Positions 25,271 through 39,079 of a DNA stretch of 64,000 bases are shown in pieces. The translations under genes were made by a program, and so were the position numbers. The notes below the pieces were generated by a model. The model worked only from the letters and a program-made list of their open reading frames with translations. It searched no databases and was not told where the DNA came from. The stretch covers positions 91,886,001 through 91,950,000 of the forward strand of contig NW_024704743.1 of NCBI RefSeq assembly GCF_018977255.1, in the 5' to 3' direction. Position 1 is the stretch's first letter. Every line of letters starts with the position of its first letter. Source of the stretch: Callorhinchus milii. Taxonomy: Eukaryota.

Positions 25271-27554
25271 TTGGTACCTACAAGAACAACCATACCAGAT
25301 AGAAACTGGATACTAAGACCACCACAGAGCGTTGGCTAGATGCTGATATTCTGTTGGCAACACATCACCTTGAAGCCAATTTAGCTCCAAGGAGATCCTG
25401 CTTATCTCCCCCCAGAAAGGATAGTCACTTCTTGGATCTCATGCTAATGATTGTGGATAACCTTACATTCAAAGAATTTGTGGAAAATCTCACCTTATAT
25501 TGCTCAGTGATTTATAAATATATTTTTCTATTACACATATTAAGTACTTATCAATAATAATTAATGAAACAAATGACAATATTATGTGCAACATATCAAT
25601 GAAAACAAATTCTACTGTGTATTTTGTCCGTTATCCATCATTGTGTATTTTAACGTTGTTTTTGGGGCTAAAATAGACAATTTTTTGAATATAAGGGCAT
25701 CCACAATTATTTAGATCCATGCGCAAAATCATCACATGTTGGTGACTTGGATCAGCTATTGCACCCTCTAAGGCAGAAGGATTCAAGCTCCATGTTGGGA
25801 CTTTAAGATGACACTCACACACAGTGAATGGGCAGTGCTACATTGTTGGAGGTGCCGTCCTTCAGATTAGATATTAAATTGAGCTCCTGTCTGTCTGTTC
25901 AGGTGGGTTTTAAAGATCCCAAAGCAGGATCCTCCAGATAAATTGATCATTCAATATATGGCTGTTTGTGGGATCTTGGCATGTGCAAATTGCCTGCCAT
26001 GTTTGCCTACAAATGAATGTGTCTTGGGATACTTCAACGTAATAGGTGCTGTTTGAATTGCAAAAATTGCTATGACTGTAAAATGCAAGTGGGAGAGATT
26101 CGGGTCCATTTTTTCTCTGCAATGGGAGATGTATGTTGAAATGCTCATACCGTATCAAATAGTAATCTTTTATATTCTTTCAACATTAACATGTTGAACA
26201 TAGCTTATCACCCTATTTTATTCCAAATGAGTCTTGAGTCAGACAAACTGGTTCACTGATGTGAATCTATGGTAAATGCATTGTAGCACAAACTATTAGG
26301 ATGCCCTAAAATCATAGATTCCTGAAAGATAACATAGGCTGACTGCAAGACAATCTGCAACGCAAGCTAGAAGAACATAATGAGTATTAGGTTGTAGTTT
26401 CTCACTGTGCCTTCCAGCTGATACAGACATTTCTGATAACTTTTTTTTACTTCAGTGAATCTCACTTTCAAGTATCATTAATAGTAGTGGTGTACATCAC
26501 CATGGGGAATGGATCATGTATAATGTACAAAGAAAGCATCAACACTTATAGAAGTGGCAGTTTCTTTTTTAACTCTGCTTATTTTATTCTAATATTCATG
26601 CTAGTTCACAGTGCCACCTTCATGGTAAAAGTGTTTTGTAGTTTTGCACAAATAATCATCCTTGCAATTGATATAACATTTCATAGCAGGAGGACGCCTC
26701 AAAGTGTTTCACATAATATACTGTAAAATGTAGTGATTGTGTGTTTTTTAGGTGAAAGCAAGAACTAATATTGTATGCAGCGGTTTCCCACAAACAGCCA
26801 TGAAGTGAATGATCAATTTTATCTGAGAGATTGTTGGCCAGGACCCTTGTGGAAACTCCTTTATCTTGTTGAGTATCAATTATTTTATGTATAGAAATGC
26901 AGATATGGACCATGAAAATGGAATAAAATATTTTGCCTACAAAAACAGCCATTATTTGCAAAACACTTTGAGGCATTTTGACATGAAAAGATGCTATATG
27001 TTACAAATTCCTTCTTTTCTATTATCATGGCTACGACTTTTAATGGGGAATGGAAACATTGCCTGAAATGAGTCTGTATATAATGGGAGGGATAAACATC
27101 ACCATCGATGGGTGGACTATTACTGTGTCCTTTCTGGGAAATTTCAAATTCTGTTTTTCCCAAGATTGAAAGGGTCTGAATCTGAATAATAATCCCTGCA
27201 TTTGAATTAGTGCATTATCACGATGTCTAGACATCCCAAAACGCAGTACAGGATTTGGGTGCGATGCGTAGTGACTGTTTTTGTAGGTAAATACTACAGT
27301 TAATATGTGCACAACAATGTCCCCAGAACAGCCATAGTCTTCCCCGAGATACCTACCTTTCACACACCAGATACTAAAATCAGAAACTAAGCTTTCTTGG
27401 AAAGTGAGGTGAAATTATTCCATAACTCTATTCATTACAGAGGTGTGCGTCTTTTATAAGCCTCTCCACTGGAGGTTTAAACACAACACAATTGAGAGGT
27501 TCTTTGTGAATAATGTGATGTCTCCCTATTACCTCATATCATGTCTCATGATTG

Positions 27555-27965
27555 GTGTCAGCCTGGTTTAGTTGGTAGCATTCTTGTCTTCGAGTCAGAA
27601 GGTTGTGAGTTGAAGCCCCATGTTGGAATTTGGAGCTCATATAGTCTAGGCTGAGATTCCAGTGCAGTGCTGGGAAGCGCTGTCGGAGATGTCCTTCAGA
27701 TGAGATTTAGCCTGAGGCCCTCCCTGCCTGTTCAGATGGACATAAAAGATCCTATGGAATTATTCAAAAAGAGAAAGGGTTTCTCCTGCTGTCCTGGCAT
27801 CAATTATCCAGACTAAAATATCCTGATTCACTTCATGGCTGTTTGAGGGATATTTCTGTGTGCAAATTGACTGCACAGTCACCACACTTTACAGTAAAAA
27901 TCCTGCAAAGTGCTTGGAAATATCTCAATGACATGATAGCCACTATGTATAATGCACAGATTATC
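27555..27965 (+). mobile_element. Old Deu-domain SINE, near full length
   Basis: GTCAGCCTGGTTTAGTTGGTAGC head, Deu core and tail. Confidence 0.85.
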
Positions 27966-28063
27966 ATGTTTCTAGTTACAGGTGAAGGAGTGATACTTAG
28001 GCCAAAGAATTCAAAGTTCAAATGAAACAAAACTTCAGTAATTTTGTATCAACTTTGAGGAAA

Positions 28064-28523
28064 TCAACAACAACAACTTGCAATTTTATAGCGCCCTCCA
28101 CACAGGGTAGCGTCTCAGAGCCCTTAGCAGTGGCAGAGCCTGACTCCGAACTGGGGGGTTGTGGGGAGGGCCATAGGCACGGTCGAAGAGGAAGGTTTTC
28201 AGGCAGGACTTGAAAATGGGGAGAGAGGGGGAAAGGCAGAGAGATTGAGGAAGAATGTTCCAAAGTTTCGGGGCGTAGTGGCTGAAATCGTGACCTCCGA
28301 TGGTGGGGCGGAGGTTGTGACGGGTAAGCAGGAGGCAGGTGCCAGTCAAGCGGAGACGCCAGGTTGTGAATTGGGGTGAGGAGGTCAGAGAGGTAGGGAG
28401 GTGCCAGGAAATGAAGGGATTTAAACACGAATGTGAGGATCTTGAAATCGATCCGTTCGGTGATGGGGAGTCAGTGGAGCCTGGCCAGAACTGGTGAGAT
28501 GTGGGTATGGAGTTTGTTCCAGG
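28064..28523 (-). mobile_element. L2 LINE 3' fragment
   Basis: FKSLHFLAPPYLSDLL...PKLWNILP...FKSCLKTFLF; (AAC)n tail on +. Confidence 0.9.
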
Positions 28524-29574
28524 TGTCCATGAACAAGCACAAGGGAAGCTAGGCTCAGTCTAATAAATATTTGATCACAATATATCTGCAGTCTCGTCAT
28601 TTTCATGCAATCAGATTGAAACTAAAAATGTCCCGATTGAATCAGAATTATTAATAAATAACAGCTTATTTGTTCATTTCACTTCAACTATAAAAAACAC
28701 AAAGGACAAATCATAGAGAAGTGAGCTACTTAATTTCCTTGCCTGGGTGATTGCATGTATAATCCTTGGCATCTGCTATCTCATACTGTAAATGAGATAC
28801 ATCTTCCAGAGATATTGCCAGACGTCAGATATTGCTATCTCAGCAATTAGGAGTACCTTAATTTATGTTCTTTATTATCTAATCATTCTTTCCTTTTTTG
28901 CTTCTGGGGATGTTTAAAGCTCCTGTGGAATGAATTGATGTGGTTGAGAATAGGGAATTAGAACAGAGATAGTGATGGATACTTACTTGCACTGAGCAAT
29001 TGGAGTTAATAACAGATGGATGGTGACAGTTTTTGTGTTTTCTGTTTGATATTAATATTCATGAAAATCTGAGATAGAGGTCGACAGAAATCGAGCAGTT
29101 TTTGCTTTAGCAATGAAGGGTTTTCTTCAAATAATCAATTAGTATCTTTGAAAAATAGTAAATCTGTAGCTAAAATTTGAATTAAGATGCAGAACAATAT
29201 AATTGGTGTATGTGAGGTGGTAATTACCACAGGTGCTAATTTTCATATCACATTCAACATTTTTTTTCCCTCAGTATGTAGCTGAAGCTATCAACTTCTC
29301 CATTATTTCCCAGTAAGTGTTCAAAACAAAATTTGTCAGTGTTAGATATTCATTAAGCATTTGAATCATTATTTCTCCAGTGAAAATGAGGAACACATAT
29401 ATAGGAGTGAAATTGGTTGTTTTTTTCACATTTTCTTAAATACACTGCAGTGGAAAAAAGGAAATAATCCATTAAACAAATATACTGAATGCGAATGATA
29501 CCATAGTGATTTGTATTGGAGCCATTTTCACAGCCTCAGATTGTAATTAAGAATTCTTCTTTATAATTCTACAT

Positions 29575-29870
29575 TTTGTTTTGGTCCAGTTGACACATGC
29601 AGAAACCCATCACTGTGCTAAACAGTCTCCAAACCGGTCTGAGAGTTCCACCTGCACATACAAATTTGCCTATGTCTGAAATGGAATGTGCACTCTTTCT
29701 CTGGAGGTATGTACCCTGCTTACCTAATTCTGGAAAGTATTAGGTTCAGGTTGGCAAGAGCCAAGTCTTGGAGAGCCCAGGTGTGTGTTGGGGGTACTGC
29801 TGGAGTTTAACCATTTAAAACCCATAGCTTGCTATTGAGAGCACTGTCTGGCAAGCTTCTTACTGCCTCT
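29575..29870 (-). repeat. Family X copy
   Basis: Reverse complement of the X core (CTGCTTACCTAATTCTGGAAAGTATTAGG; GCAGAAACCCATCAC). Confidence 0.8.
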
Positions 29871-29899
29871 CCAGTTAGCACCATGCGACCCATTCATAT

Positions 29900-30150
29900 T
29901 AATAATAATAATCCTTGCATTTGATATTGTGTCTTTTCATATCTTCAAGACGTCTCAACGTGCTTCACAGAATATACTGTAAAGTGAATTGACTGTATAG
30001 TCTGTGGCCAAAACCCGGCAACCAATTGTGCACAGCAATGTCCCACAAACAGTCGTGGATTGAGTGACCAAATTATTGTTATTTTTATTTATTTATTTAT
30101 TTAAAGTGATTATTATCCTGGAAAAGCGATCCACCAATCGACTAACAATA
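29900..30150 (-). mobile_element. 5'-truncated older tRNA SINE
   Basis: Tail, body and part of the long-form internal block. Confidence 0.8.
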
Positions 30151-30709
30151 GCCTTGCAGGAACTGAGTGGGAAGACTTTCTGTCCCCGGTGTCCCTCCAA
30201 GTCCTGACGATGGCTGGTCTGTCATCAGCAGAACCTTGGAATTCTGCAGGTCTGCTTGATTCAGGGACCCAGACTACAGAGACTGCTCGGAGGATTGACT
30301 CGATTCTGGCATTTCATTCTCAACTTCTACATTCTTATACTGTATCAACTGTAAATATTTGACTCAAGCACATGCTCCAAACCATTAGTAACTGCCATGT
30401 CAGTGGATTGTGTTTTCCTTAGACTCTCCACTGCCTGATGTGACACTCAGTTGAGAGACAATAATTGATGCTGCTCCATGGACATACTACAGAGAAAACA
30501 TGTGATTCATTTTCTTTTTCATCCGTTCAATTAAACTCCTTAATCATATATAGTAACTTAGTTTATACACTGAATGAATTTTATAGATGATTGCAGTGAA
30601 TAAATTAAAAGTTGTATCGCCGTGAATTACAATGCACGGCTCAGGTCCTGAACCTCCTGAATACTGGTTAATCTGAAAGAAAGAAAAAAAATGAAATTTA
30701 CGGGAATTG

Positions 30710-30850
30710 CTGTCTGGCAAGCTTTCCCACTGCTTGTCCAGCTAAGATCCCTTCCTGTTAGGGCTTTGGCTTTCAGGGTTAACAGGAGCTGGATGGGATG
30801 ATTTCCTGCCCCCAGTAATTGGTCTGCCCATCCGAGTTCTGCCAATGAGC
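30710..30850 (-). repeat. Family X 5' portion
   Basis: Reverse complement of about 31808-31930. Confidence 0.75.
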
Positions 30851-30923
30851 CAGGTTAGCTGTACTGTCTGCGGACCCAAGCTGAAATCTGAAAGAAGAAA
30901 GGTTTTGTTGGTAGTGACACTTT

Positions 30924-31163
30924 AAAATTCCATCTTGGTTCTAGATTTACTCTTTTTATTTAGCATTCTTAAGTATCCAGAATTTGGAAAATTCTTAAAT
31001 ACAACCTATATTTTGAATCTGTTTTTTTGTAAATTTCTTTTTAAAAAGACAGAAAAAACAGGGGTCAAGGTTAAGACTGAATTCAATTACGTGTCAAGTT
31101 CTGTACATGCTGAAATGTTATATACATAGAGTAAATGTAGACACAGGTGGGTTTTCACCCCTA
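30924..31163. mobile_element. Palindromic MITE-like element
   Basis: Arms CTAGATTTACTCT / AGAGTAAATGTAG; homologous in opposite orientation to 35152-35391. Confidence 0.7.
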
Positions 31164-31807
31164 TGCTTGCAAAGCTATTATGTAAATTATATCTGATTTC
31201 AACACACTGATTTCCCTATAAAACTAAATAGTTGAAATGCCTGTGCGAGGGACAAAACTGCATAATACTGCTGTGTTTGAACAGTGAATCATTGATACAT
31301 TCTCACTTGATTTGCAATGTTTACAACTATGTTGGTGGCAGCACTGGGGCTTGTCTTTTTAGCAATGCATCCCAGTGTCGAGATTGGTTATTTACGCACT
31401 CGTTTTTATCAACAACCACTTAATATACCAGCTCATTTCTGAAGCTTCGCCACCCCCAAAGGTGCTACGTTTCCTAGTTAAACTTCAAAGGCACCCAGCC
31501 TCTTGTCATTGTACTAAAACAATAATTAACTTATGAAAAAGAAATTGGGCACTGATGTATATATGGATGGATATTATTTTAATTATTTTAATTATTTTAA
31601 TTATTTTTATTATTATTATTATTATTTTAATTATATTTATGTTTGCCTCTTTTTAGGTCCTATATTGCTTCCTTCCACTGGAATGTACATTCCAGTCAGT
31701 CAATAAGTTCAGTTCTTTGAACATTGATTGATTCAATTCACAGATTCAAAATCAAAGTGCTGGTTAGAAGTTTTTTGCTGATCTACGCTCATCTCCTTCA
31801 CATCTCT

Positions 31808-32160
31808 TTGACCAGTCACTGGGGGCAAGGAATCATCCCACTCAGGTCCTGTTAACCCTGCAAGCCAAAGGCCTAATGGTAGACTGGTACTAGCTGGACA
31901 AGCATTGGGGAAGCTTGCTGGACCGAAATATCAATGGCAAGCTCTGAGGTTTTATCAGTACCCTCAAAGCTCACTCTGGGTCCTAATACTTTCTGGAATT
32001 AGGTAAGCAGGATGTGTCCCTCCAGGGAGAGAGTGCGCATTCCATTCCAACAATCTATCTCTGGGATTCCCATGTGTAGGGAATTCTCGGTTTGGTTTGG
32101 ATACCCTTAAGCATGGTGATGGGTTTCTGCATATGTCAGACACCTAGCTGACAAAAAAAG
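31808..32160 (+). repeat. Family X copy
   Basis: Uninterrupted copy ending GCTGACAAAAAAA. Confidence 0.8.
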
Positions 32161-33559
32161 ATCCTTCACATAAAGCAATATTTTCAGCCCGGCCCAGGTC
32201 AAATCTATAAATGCTAGAAAACATAGATGAGCCAGATATTCATTCAATTTTTTTTAGGAAGATGTCAATAGATGCATTATCAACTGCTTTGCTTGGGTTC
32301 TGTTCCAACAACAACTCGCCATTCATGTGGGGTAGTGTCACGGAGTGCTTTGATGTTCCATACATCAAACACTCCCAGGGTGGGGCAATTTATTTTCTCA
32401 CTTCTAATATTAAGAACATGAGTACACCAAGACTGTTTCACCAGTTTATTATATTATTTAATAATTATTTATTTAATTATTTAATAATTATATTTAAAAA
32501 AATATTTAATATCAAGACCATCCTCTTCAACCTTGCCTTCAGTCATCCTCCTTCCCCCCCTGTCCTCCAACCTCTATGATCCTGACCCCCAGCTCGGGTC
32601 CAAAACACTGATCGTCCAGCGCCTTTAGGACTTCCTCCCGATGTGAAAGGCCCTGTACAAATGTAATTTTATTGTTGTTGTTGTTGTAATAACCTAGCAA
32701 CAAGACTAGCAATTTGGCCCATTCAGTCTAATCTATCCATTTGCTGCCCTTTTCTTTAAATTTCTCAATGCCCATACCTCCCAAATATTTGTTTCAGCTT
32801 TTTGCAGTCCTTGATGCAAATGTTCTAAATTAAAATATCTGTAGCATCTATGGAGCTGAGTATTTTAAATGCTTAAATCATGTCCTGTTCAATCTCGCTT
32901 TTAATAAAAAGCTTAGGCTCTCCCAAATGAGAGGCCAATGATCCAAAATTATCCTTGTCTCTATCTTCTGAACCAACTCAAATGCAGCGTTACCCTGGGT
33001 AGATCACACCATTGATACTCATACTTTTTGCTAACTCAAAATGAAGGACTTGTATTGTTATATACCTGTGAGAATCTTCTTTTTTAAACCTTGGATGCTT
33101 CAAAAGCCATAATATCATTTCACTGTAATTAGTAAATGTATTTGCTATGACATCTTTCAATATCTTTACTTGTACAACAATATTGTTAGAGTGGATAAGT
33201 ATTGAATTTTAGCCAAGAGATTAATCTTTGTTAGTGCCTATGTGAAAGGTAATCCATATATAAAATTTTGTTGTATCATTACATTTAAACAAACAGTCTA
33301 TCTGCACATTGACCGGTTCTATCTGTTGCCTCCCTTTCTGCAGTGCTACACTTCATGTACAATCTTGCCTCAGTGTTCCTTCGTGTCTGAACCATGATTC
33401 ATCATAGCCCACTAGAACTGTAACAAACCTGGTGAACTAATTCAAAATATAATAATCTTTACATTTAATATTGCTTGGCCTCCAACCTACCCACTGTGCA
33501 GCGTTCCAAGACCCTATCCTACGTGAAGAGCACTGTTATTATGAATATATTTGTTACTA

Positions 33560-33970
33560 ATATAGTTGCAAGTTGTTATTGATGTAGAACCTTTCAAGTC
33601 CAAAGGATGTCTCAAAGTGCTTCACAGGATATACTGTAAAGTGTAATGACTGTAGTTTGTATGCAAACTCAGCAGCCAATTTGCACACAGCAATATCCAA
33701 CAAACATATATAAATGACCAATTTTAGCTGGGGGATTGTTGGCCAGGATACCAGGAGAAACTCCTTCTCTTTTCAAATATTGGCATGGGATCTTTAATGT
33801 CCACTTGAACAGGCAGACTGGAACCTCGGTTTAACATCTCATCTGAAAGACTACACCCCCAGCATTGCACTGGAGTGTCAGCCTTGACTATATGAGTTCA
33901 AAGTCCCAACACAGGGCCACAACCTTCTGACTCAGAGATGAGAATGCTACCAAATGAGTCAGGCTGACAT
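33560..33970 (-). mobile_element. Old Deu-domain SINE, near full length
   Basis: Reverse-complement homologue of 27555-27965. Confidence 0.85.
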
Positions 33971-34029
33971 AAACATTTAATTCAAAAATAGTTAAAATTG
34001 CCGCAAACTTGATGTTACCTCACCGAGCC

Positions 34030-34718
34030 AATACGAAACCTCTGTGTCTTTTTCGACCCTCAGCTATCTTTCAAACCCCACATTTGTGCCGTGATCCATT
34101 CTGCCTCCACCACTGCCTCTCACCATAGTCCGCAGAGACCCCGATCCATGCTTTCATTGTCCCGGCTTGACAATGCCTACTGCCTGCTCACTGGTCTTCC
34201 CAACTTTTCCCTCCACAAGCTGCAGATTATTCAGGACTTTGTAGCTCATGTCCTCTCCCACACCAGGCTCTGGGAACCTATCACCCCCGTTCTTGCCCAG
34301 CTTCATTGGCTCCCCATCCCTCATCAAACCATTGTTCTCACCTTCAAAGCCCTCCACAATCTTGCTCCTCCCTACCTATCTGACTTCCGAACCCTATATC
34401 AACCTGTTCGCTCCCTCCGCTCGGCAGACACTGGCCTGCTTCAGGTCCCCGTTGGCAGTTGGGCATTCAGCATCTCTGCCCCCACACTCTGGAACTCTAT
34501 TCCACAAACCCTCCACCTCACCTTACCTCCTTCAAGTCCCATCTAAAGACCTTCCTCTTCAAACGTGCTTTTGGCCACCCTCCAATTCCCATCCCCCTGC
34601 CCTCCACCTCTCCTGAACTCCTAGCTCATGTCCAAAAAACTCTGACTGGCCAGTGCCCTAGGAATTCTTTCTAATGTGAAGGGCACTATAAAAGTGTAAT
34701 TTGTTGGTGGTGGTGTTG
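34030..34718 (+). mobile_element. L2 LINE 3' fragment
   Basis: SRLDNAY...PITPVLAQLHWLP...TFKALHNLAPPYLSD...APTLWNSIP, followed by a tail. Confidence 0.9.
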
Positions 34719-35151
34719 TCTCTTGTTCATCAGTGGCTTCTGATTTGCAATTGAATATGTGGGAGTGACAAAAATTTTTAAAAAAAATCCAGGAACAAAA
34801 TCAGGAAATATGACCCCAGAAGTCAGCAAAGACTGGTAAACTCTGCAAAGCATTTAGACAATGTGAAATAAATCTGAACTACATTCTGCAAAATATACTT
34901 GATGTTGTTACGTCCCTTGGAACCGAGTCATTCCAGGCACCTTGTTATGCTTAGCTACAATTGTGGAGTGTTCCATACATTAAGCTCGAAATTGGTGTCT
35001 TGTATCAGCTTTGAGGCCAACCTGGAGTTACCTGAGCTTGGGAAGGTTAGTGCTGGTCAGGTACTGCTAGGTTGTAGTCTTTTCTTCTGCAGAATATTAG
35101 TAGAATCTGCAATCTAAAGATGTTATGTGGATATTTCGACAGCAGAATTTA

Positions 35152-35391
35152 TGGGGAGAACTTCCACCTGGGTCTAGATTTACTCTTATTTATGTAGCAT
35201 TTCAGAATATTGAGAACTTGGTAAATTGTTGATTTCAGTCTTAACTTTGAAGTCAGATTTTTATAGCTCTTAAAAGAAACTTGCAGAAACAAGCTTCAAA
35301 ATTTAGATTGTATAAAGAATTTGCCAAATTCTGCTCTCTGAAATGCTAAGAAACCAAAGTAAATCTGGACCCAGATAGAATTTCTGCCCCA
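35152..35391. mobile_element. Palindromic MITE-like element
   Basis: TGGGG...CTGGGTCTAGATTTACT...TAGCATTTCAGA pairs with TCTGAAATGCTA...AGTAAATCTGGACCCAG...CCCCA. Confidence 0.75.
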
Positions 35392-35879
35392 CAATTCAGA
35401 GATCAGCAAACATGTGATGATTGCGTAATTGAATATATAACATATTAGAAATATGATTAAAAGGAACGATTCACATGGATTAAATTAAGTAAAGTGAGTC
35501 AAGAAAAAGATCTGAAAGTAATAGTTGGTCAAAAGGTGAATGTAGAAAGCTATGAAAGCAGGAATTTTAATTTTAAAAATCTAAAACAGAAGTCACAATA
35601 TGGTTCCAGTTTTTAAATTAATGAAAGGAATCAATACGATAGATGCAGGAAAGTATGATACACCAATACATGATAAGAAATTCAGGGAAGATAATTATAA
35701 GTTAAAGAAGTCCAAGCAATTTATAGATCAAACTCTTCATCTTGAAAGTTATGATGCAGATTGACACCTACTAAGAATATTGATTTAATGCCATATTTTA
35801 ATTAATACTCCAGTGCATCCAAATTTGAGAGGCTTATTGCAGTTTCTGAAAGACTACGCAAATACAAAATAATCCTTGC

Positions 35880-36142
35880 CACGTGATCAATTATATCTGA
35901 GGGATTGTTGGTCAGTTTTCTGGGAGAAACTCTCTTCTCATCTCAAATAGTGTCATTTGATCTTTAACATCCACCTGAACAGGCACATAGGACCTTGGTT
36001 TGATATCTCATCCACAAGACGGTACCTCTCAAAATGCGAAACACCCCAAGAGCTGTACTTGAGGGTCAGACTAAACTGTAAGCCCAAAGTTCTATCATGG
36101 AGCTGGAACCCACAACCTTCTGACTGAGAGGCAAGAGTGCTT
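35880..36142 (-). mobile_element. Old Deu-domain SINE, 5' portion
   Basis: Deu core with the head ending at AGCACTCTTGCCTCTCAGTCAGAAGG (- strand). Confidence 0.8.
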
Positions 36143-36441
36143 AGTGGTTAGAGCACTCGCTTTGCAAGTGAGAGACCTGAGTTCAATTCCAGGCAGGTCA
36201 GGGCGAAACCTTGGGCAAGTTTCCTTACTCCACACGCCTAATAATAATCCCTCCAAAAAAAAACAATAATAAATTGGTCATTTTCAATCTACGACTGTTT
36301 GTGGGACATTGCTGTGCGCAATTGGCTGCCGCGTTCGCCCACAAATAACAGTCAATTCACTTTACAGTGTGTTATGTGAAGCGCTTTGGGACGTCCTCCC
36401 AACGTGAAAAGCGCTATATCAAATGCAAGGATTATTATTAT
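36143..36441 (+). mobile_element. Young tRNA SINE, lacking the first ~17 nt
   Basis: Starts at AGTGGTTAGAGCACTCGC; otherwise near-identical to 41785-42105. Confidence 0.95.
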
Positions 36442-39079
36442 CTTATTTTAGCCAGGGTAAGGCAGGCATTCAAGCTTCCACAGCACCAGAAAATACTTGC
36501 ATTAAACGATGACTCAATATGTTTAGACATCTTGATGTTATTGTGCATATATCACTATAATGTCAAGCTCTTCACCCATACATGTATTGATGGTCAAAAA
36601 CTCTTTGCAATTTTGCTTAGGTGACATGTTTCAGGTTACTTTGCTCTCAGCCTTTTCTGTCTTTCTGTTATTTAGCACGTGGAGATTGCAAAACAAACCT
36701 AGGTTCATGTATATGCAATACTTTTACAATGTCTACTGCCGGGCTCCTCATTCTGGAAATCCAACTTTACATATTAGAGTCAGATGTATATGGAATATGG
36801 AGACATGATTGGCATCCTCTGACCGAGGGCTTGCTGAGACCAGAGCTGTTATACATTACTTCTGAAACAAATTAGTAATGGATTAAATTAAATAGGAATG
36901 CTTAAACTTGAGGTAACCAGCTTACAAATATGCAACAGATTCCTATTAAATATGAAGGTTTATTATACTCTAATTGCTAAGAATATCAATCTTTCCATAT
37001 TGTTTTTACAAAGGCAATCCTAATTGTACAGATAATATTTTTAGTGAAGAATATATGATAGGCCCTGTAATCTGTGATTTCTCTGGCTATCTAACCTGAG
37101 AATATTCAGGTAATCAGACACTGGGTACTGATCGCTGAGGGTGACACAGGTCACAAATTAAATGCAGTAATTCAAGAAACATATTCATACCTATCCAAAA
37201 TGTCTTTAGCTATTTAATGTGATTTAACGTGTTTGGAGAAGTTTGCAGGTTCCTCAGTCGCTTTGGATATATAAATTACCACCAGCACAGGCAATATCTT
37301 TTCAAAGGCAGTTCATTTTCCAGTTTGATCACTTGAGTCTGATATAGTCCATTACTTCTATTTAAAGACAAATATAGTGTGTAACTCGTTCCCTCACACG
37401 GTCGTATGTAGCAATTTCCCTTTTCCAAGATGCTGGTATTTCAGATTACGTACACTGGTGCTCCACTTGCCTTAGGTTAATTCAGAACATGAATTTATAT
37501 TCAATGAGGAGTAAGAAATGTAACCTGAAGTAGAATTGAGTCAAACTATTTCCCAGAAACTGAATCGCTTATTATGAGTGAGGGCAGCTTCCAGACAGAT
37601 ATCAGAACCAATCTCAAGATAGGCACGATGATTGGGCTGAGACAAAATGTTCTTTGCTTTGTTCATGCTTCGGTAGGTTTGAATCTTTTCAAAATTCTGG
37701 AATTAATTTGTGCAAGGCTGGTTACTTGCTGCTCCTCTTGAGAAAGCGAGCGCAAATGCATGAAAGCAATCATGTGCATTCTGCACTTCAGTAACATTGG
37801 GCTACTTTGTACAAAGAACAATTCCCATGGGATCATGAAACCGTCATTTGAAGTTGAGTTTTCTTGGAATGCTCGATGTGTATTATTCTCAGCGAATGTG
37901 CATTAGTGAACAGACTGTTCTGGCTAACAATTCCCCAGATAAATTCACTTTTTGGCTCTTTGTAGGATTTTGCTGTGCACAAGATTTGGCTGCCACATTT
38001 GTCTAAAAAATATACAGTGACCGCACTTTGCAGTTTATCCTGTGAAACCCTTTGAGACATGAAAGGTGTTGTGTCAAATAAAAGGATTATTTATTTATTT
38101 ATTTATTTAATGGTCTCTGGACAAAGTTCAGATTAATGCTGAATGTAGACAAATCATATCTAAATGTGTAATTGAGGGAAAAAAACAAGATGAGGATAAA
38201 TGATACCGTGAATGTTGATGTTGTTACCAGTTTGAGTCCCTGTGAAATTCAAGCTTTTTTTCCTTAAAACTCTAAACACACTCACACTAGCTGCAGTAAT
38301 AAGTTGTCAATAATGACTGGAACGTTAAACAGTAGAAGACACATTACATCAGTTTAATTAAAAGGATTTCTTTAGCTTCATGGCTGTACTGCATATATGC
38401 TAGGTCATCTAGAAAGGAATCATTGCAATCTGTTTTTGTCTACTTAATTGGAATGTGCTTCTTCAGCCAACTGCTGCTGATGGAAAAGGATTTAAGTGGG
38501 CTCGCCAAGTCTGTCCTAGTTTCAGAGCTGTCTTAGAATTGCCATTTTCCTAATCCGTTTTAAAATAGTGGGAAGATCTGGTTCAGAAAATTGTAGAATT
38601 TAATAACACTTTTAAATGGAACTCATATTTTCAGAAACAGGTTGTCCGATACCGTAGGGGAACAAGGTTATTCAAGCAAGCGACTTGTCAAGAGGTAGCC
38701 ACTTATACATAATTCTAAACCACTGGGTAAGACCTAGTCACCCTTATTCCTTCTAGTTACTGAAGAAGTCCCATTCTGGTATGTTAGCCCACGTGTCAGA
38801 TCATACTGTATTCAGCAAAGACTAGTTTTCCAAAACAACTATCATCTATTTTTGATGTGCTACACTATAAAAATGTGAGATCGAGGGATAGATGTCTTGA
38901 AATTCTTTTTTAGTGCTTTGGAAAACCATGGCTTCCAAAATTCTGAACGGTCTTAAATTTTGAGGCAATTGTCCTGAAGCTAAGACCATGAGAAATTTCA
39001 GGCTTCAGATTACTTTGGATGTTCAGATACACATGAGCTGGTGGTTCTGTGTGGAGCGTACAACTGTCTCCTACTCACG

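Noticed and set aside
25240..25320. CTGATGA...GAAA as a hammerhead ribozyme in family X
   Set aside because: I could not form stems I-III here or in the 30175-30230(-) copy. Only a covariance-model search could revive the idea.
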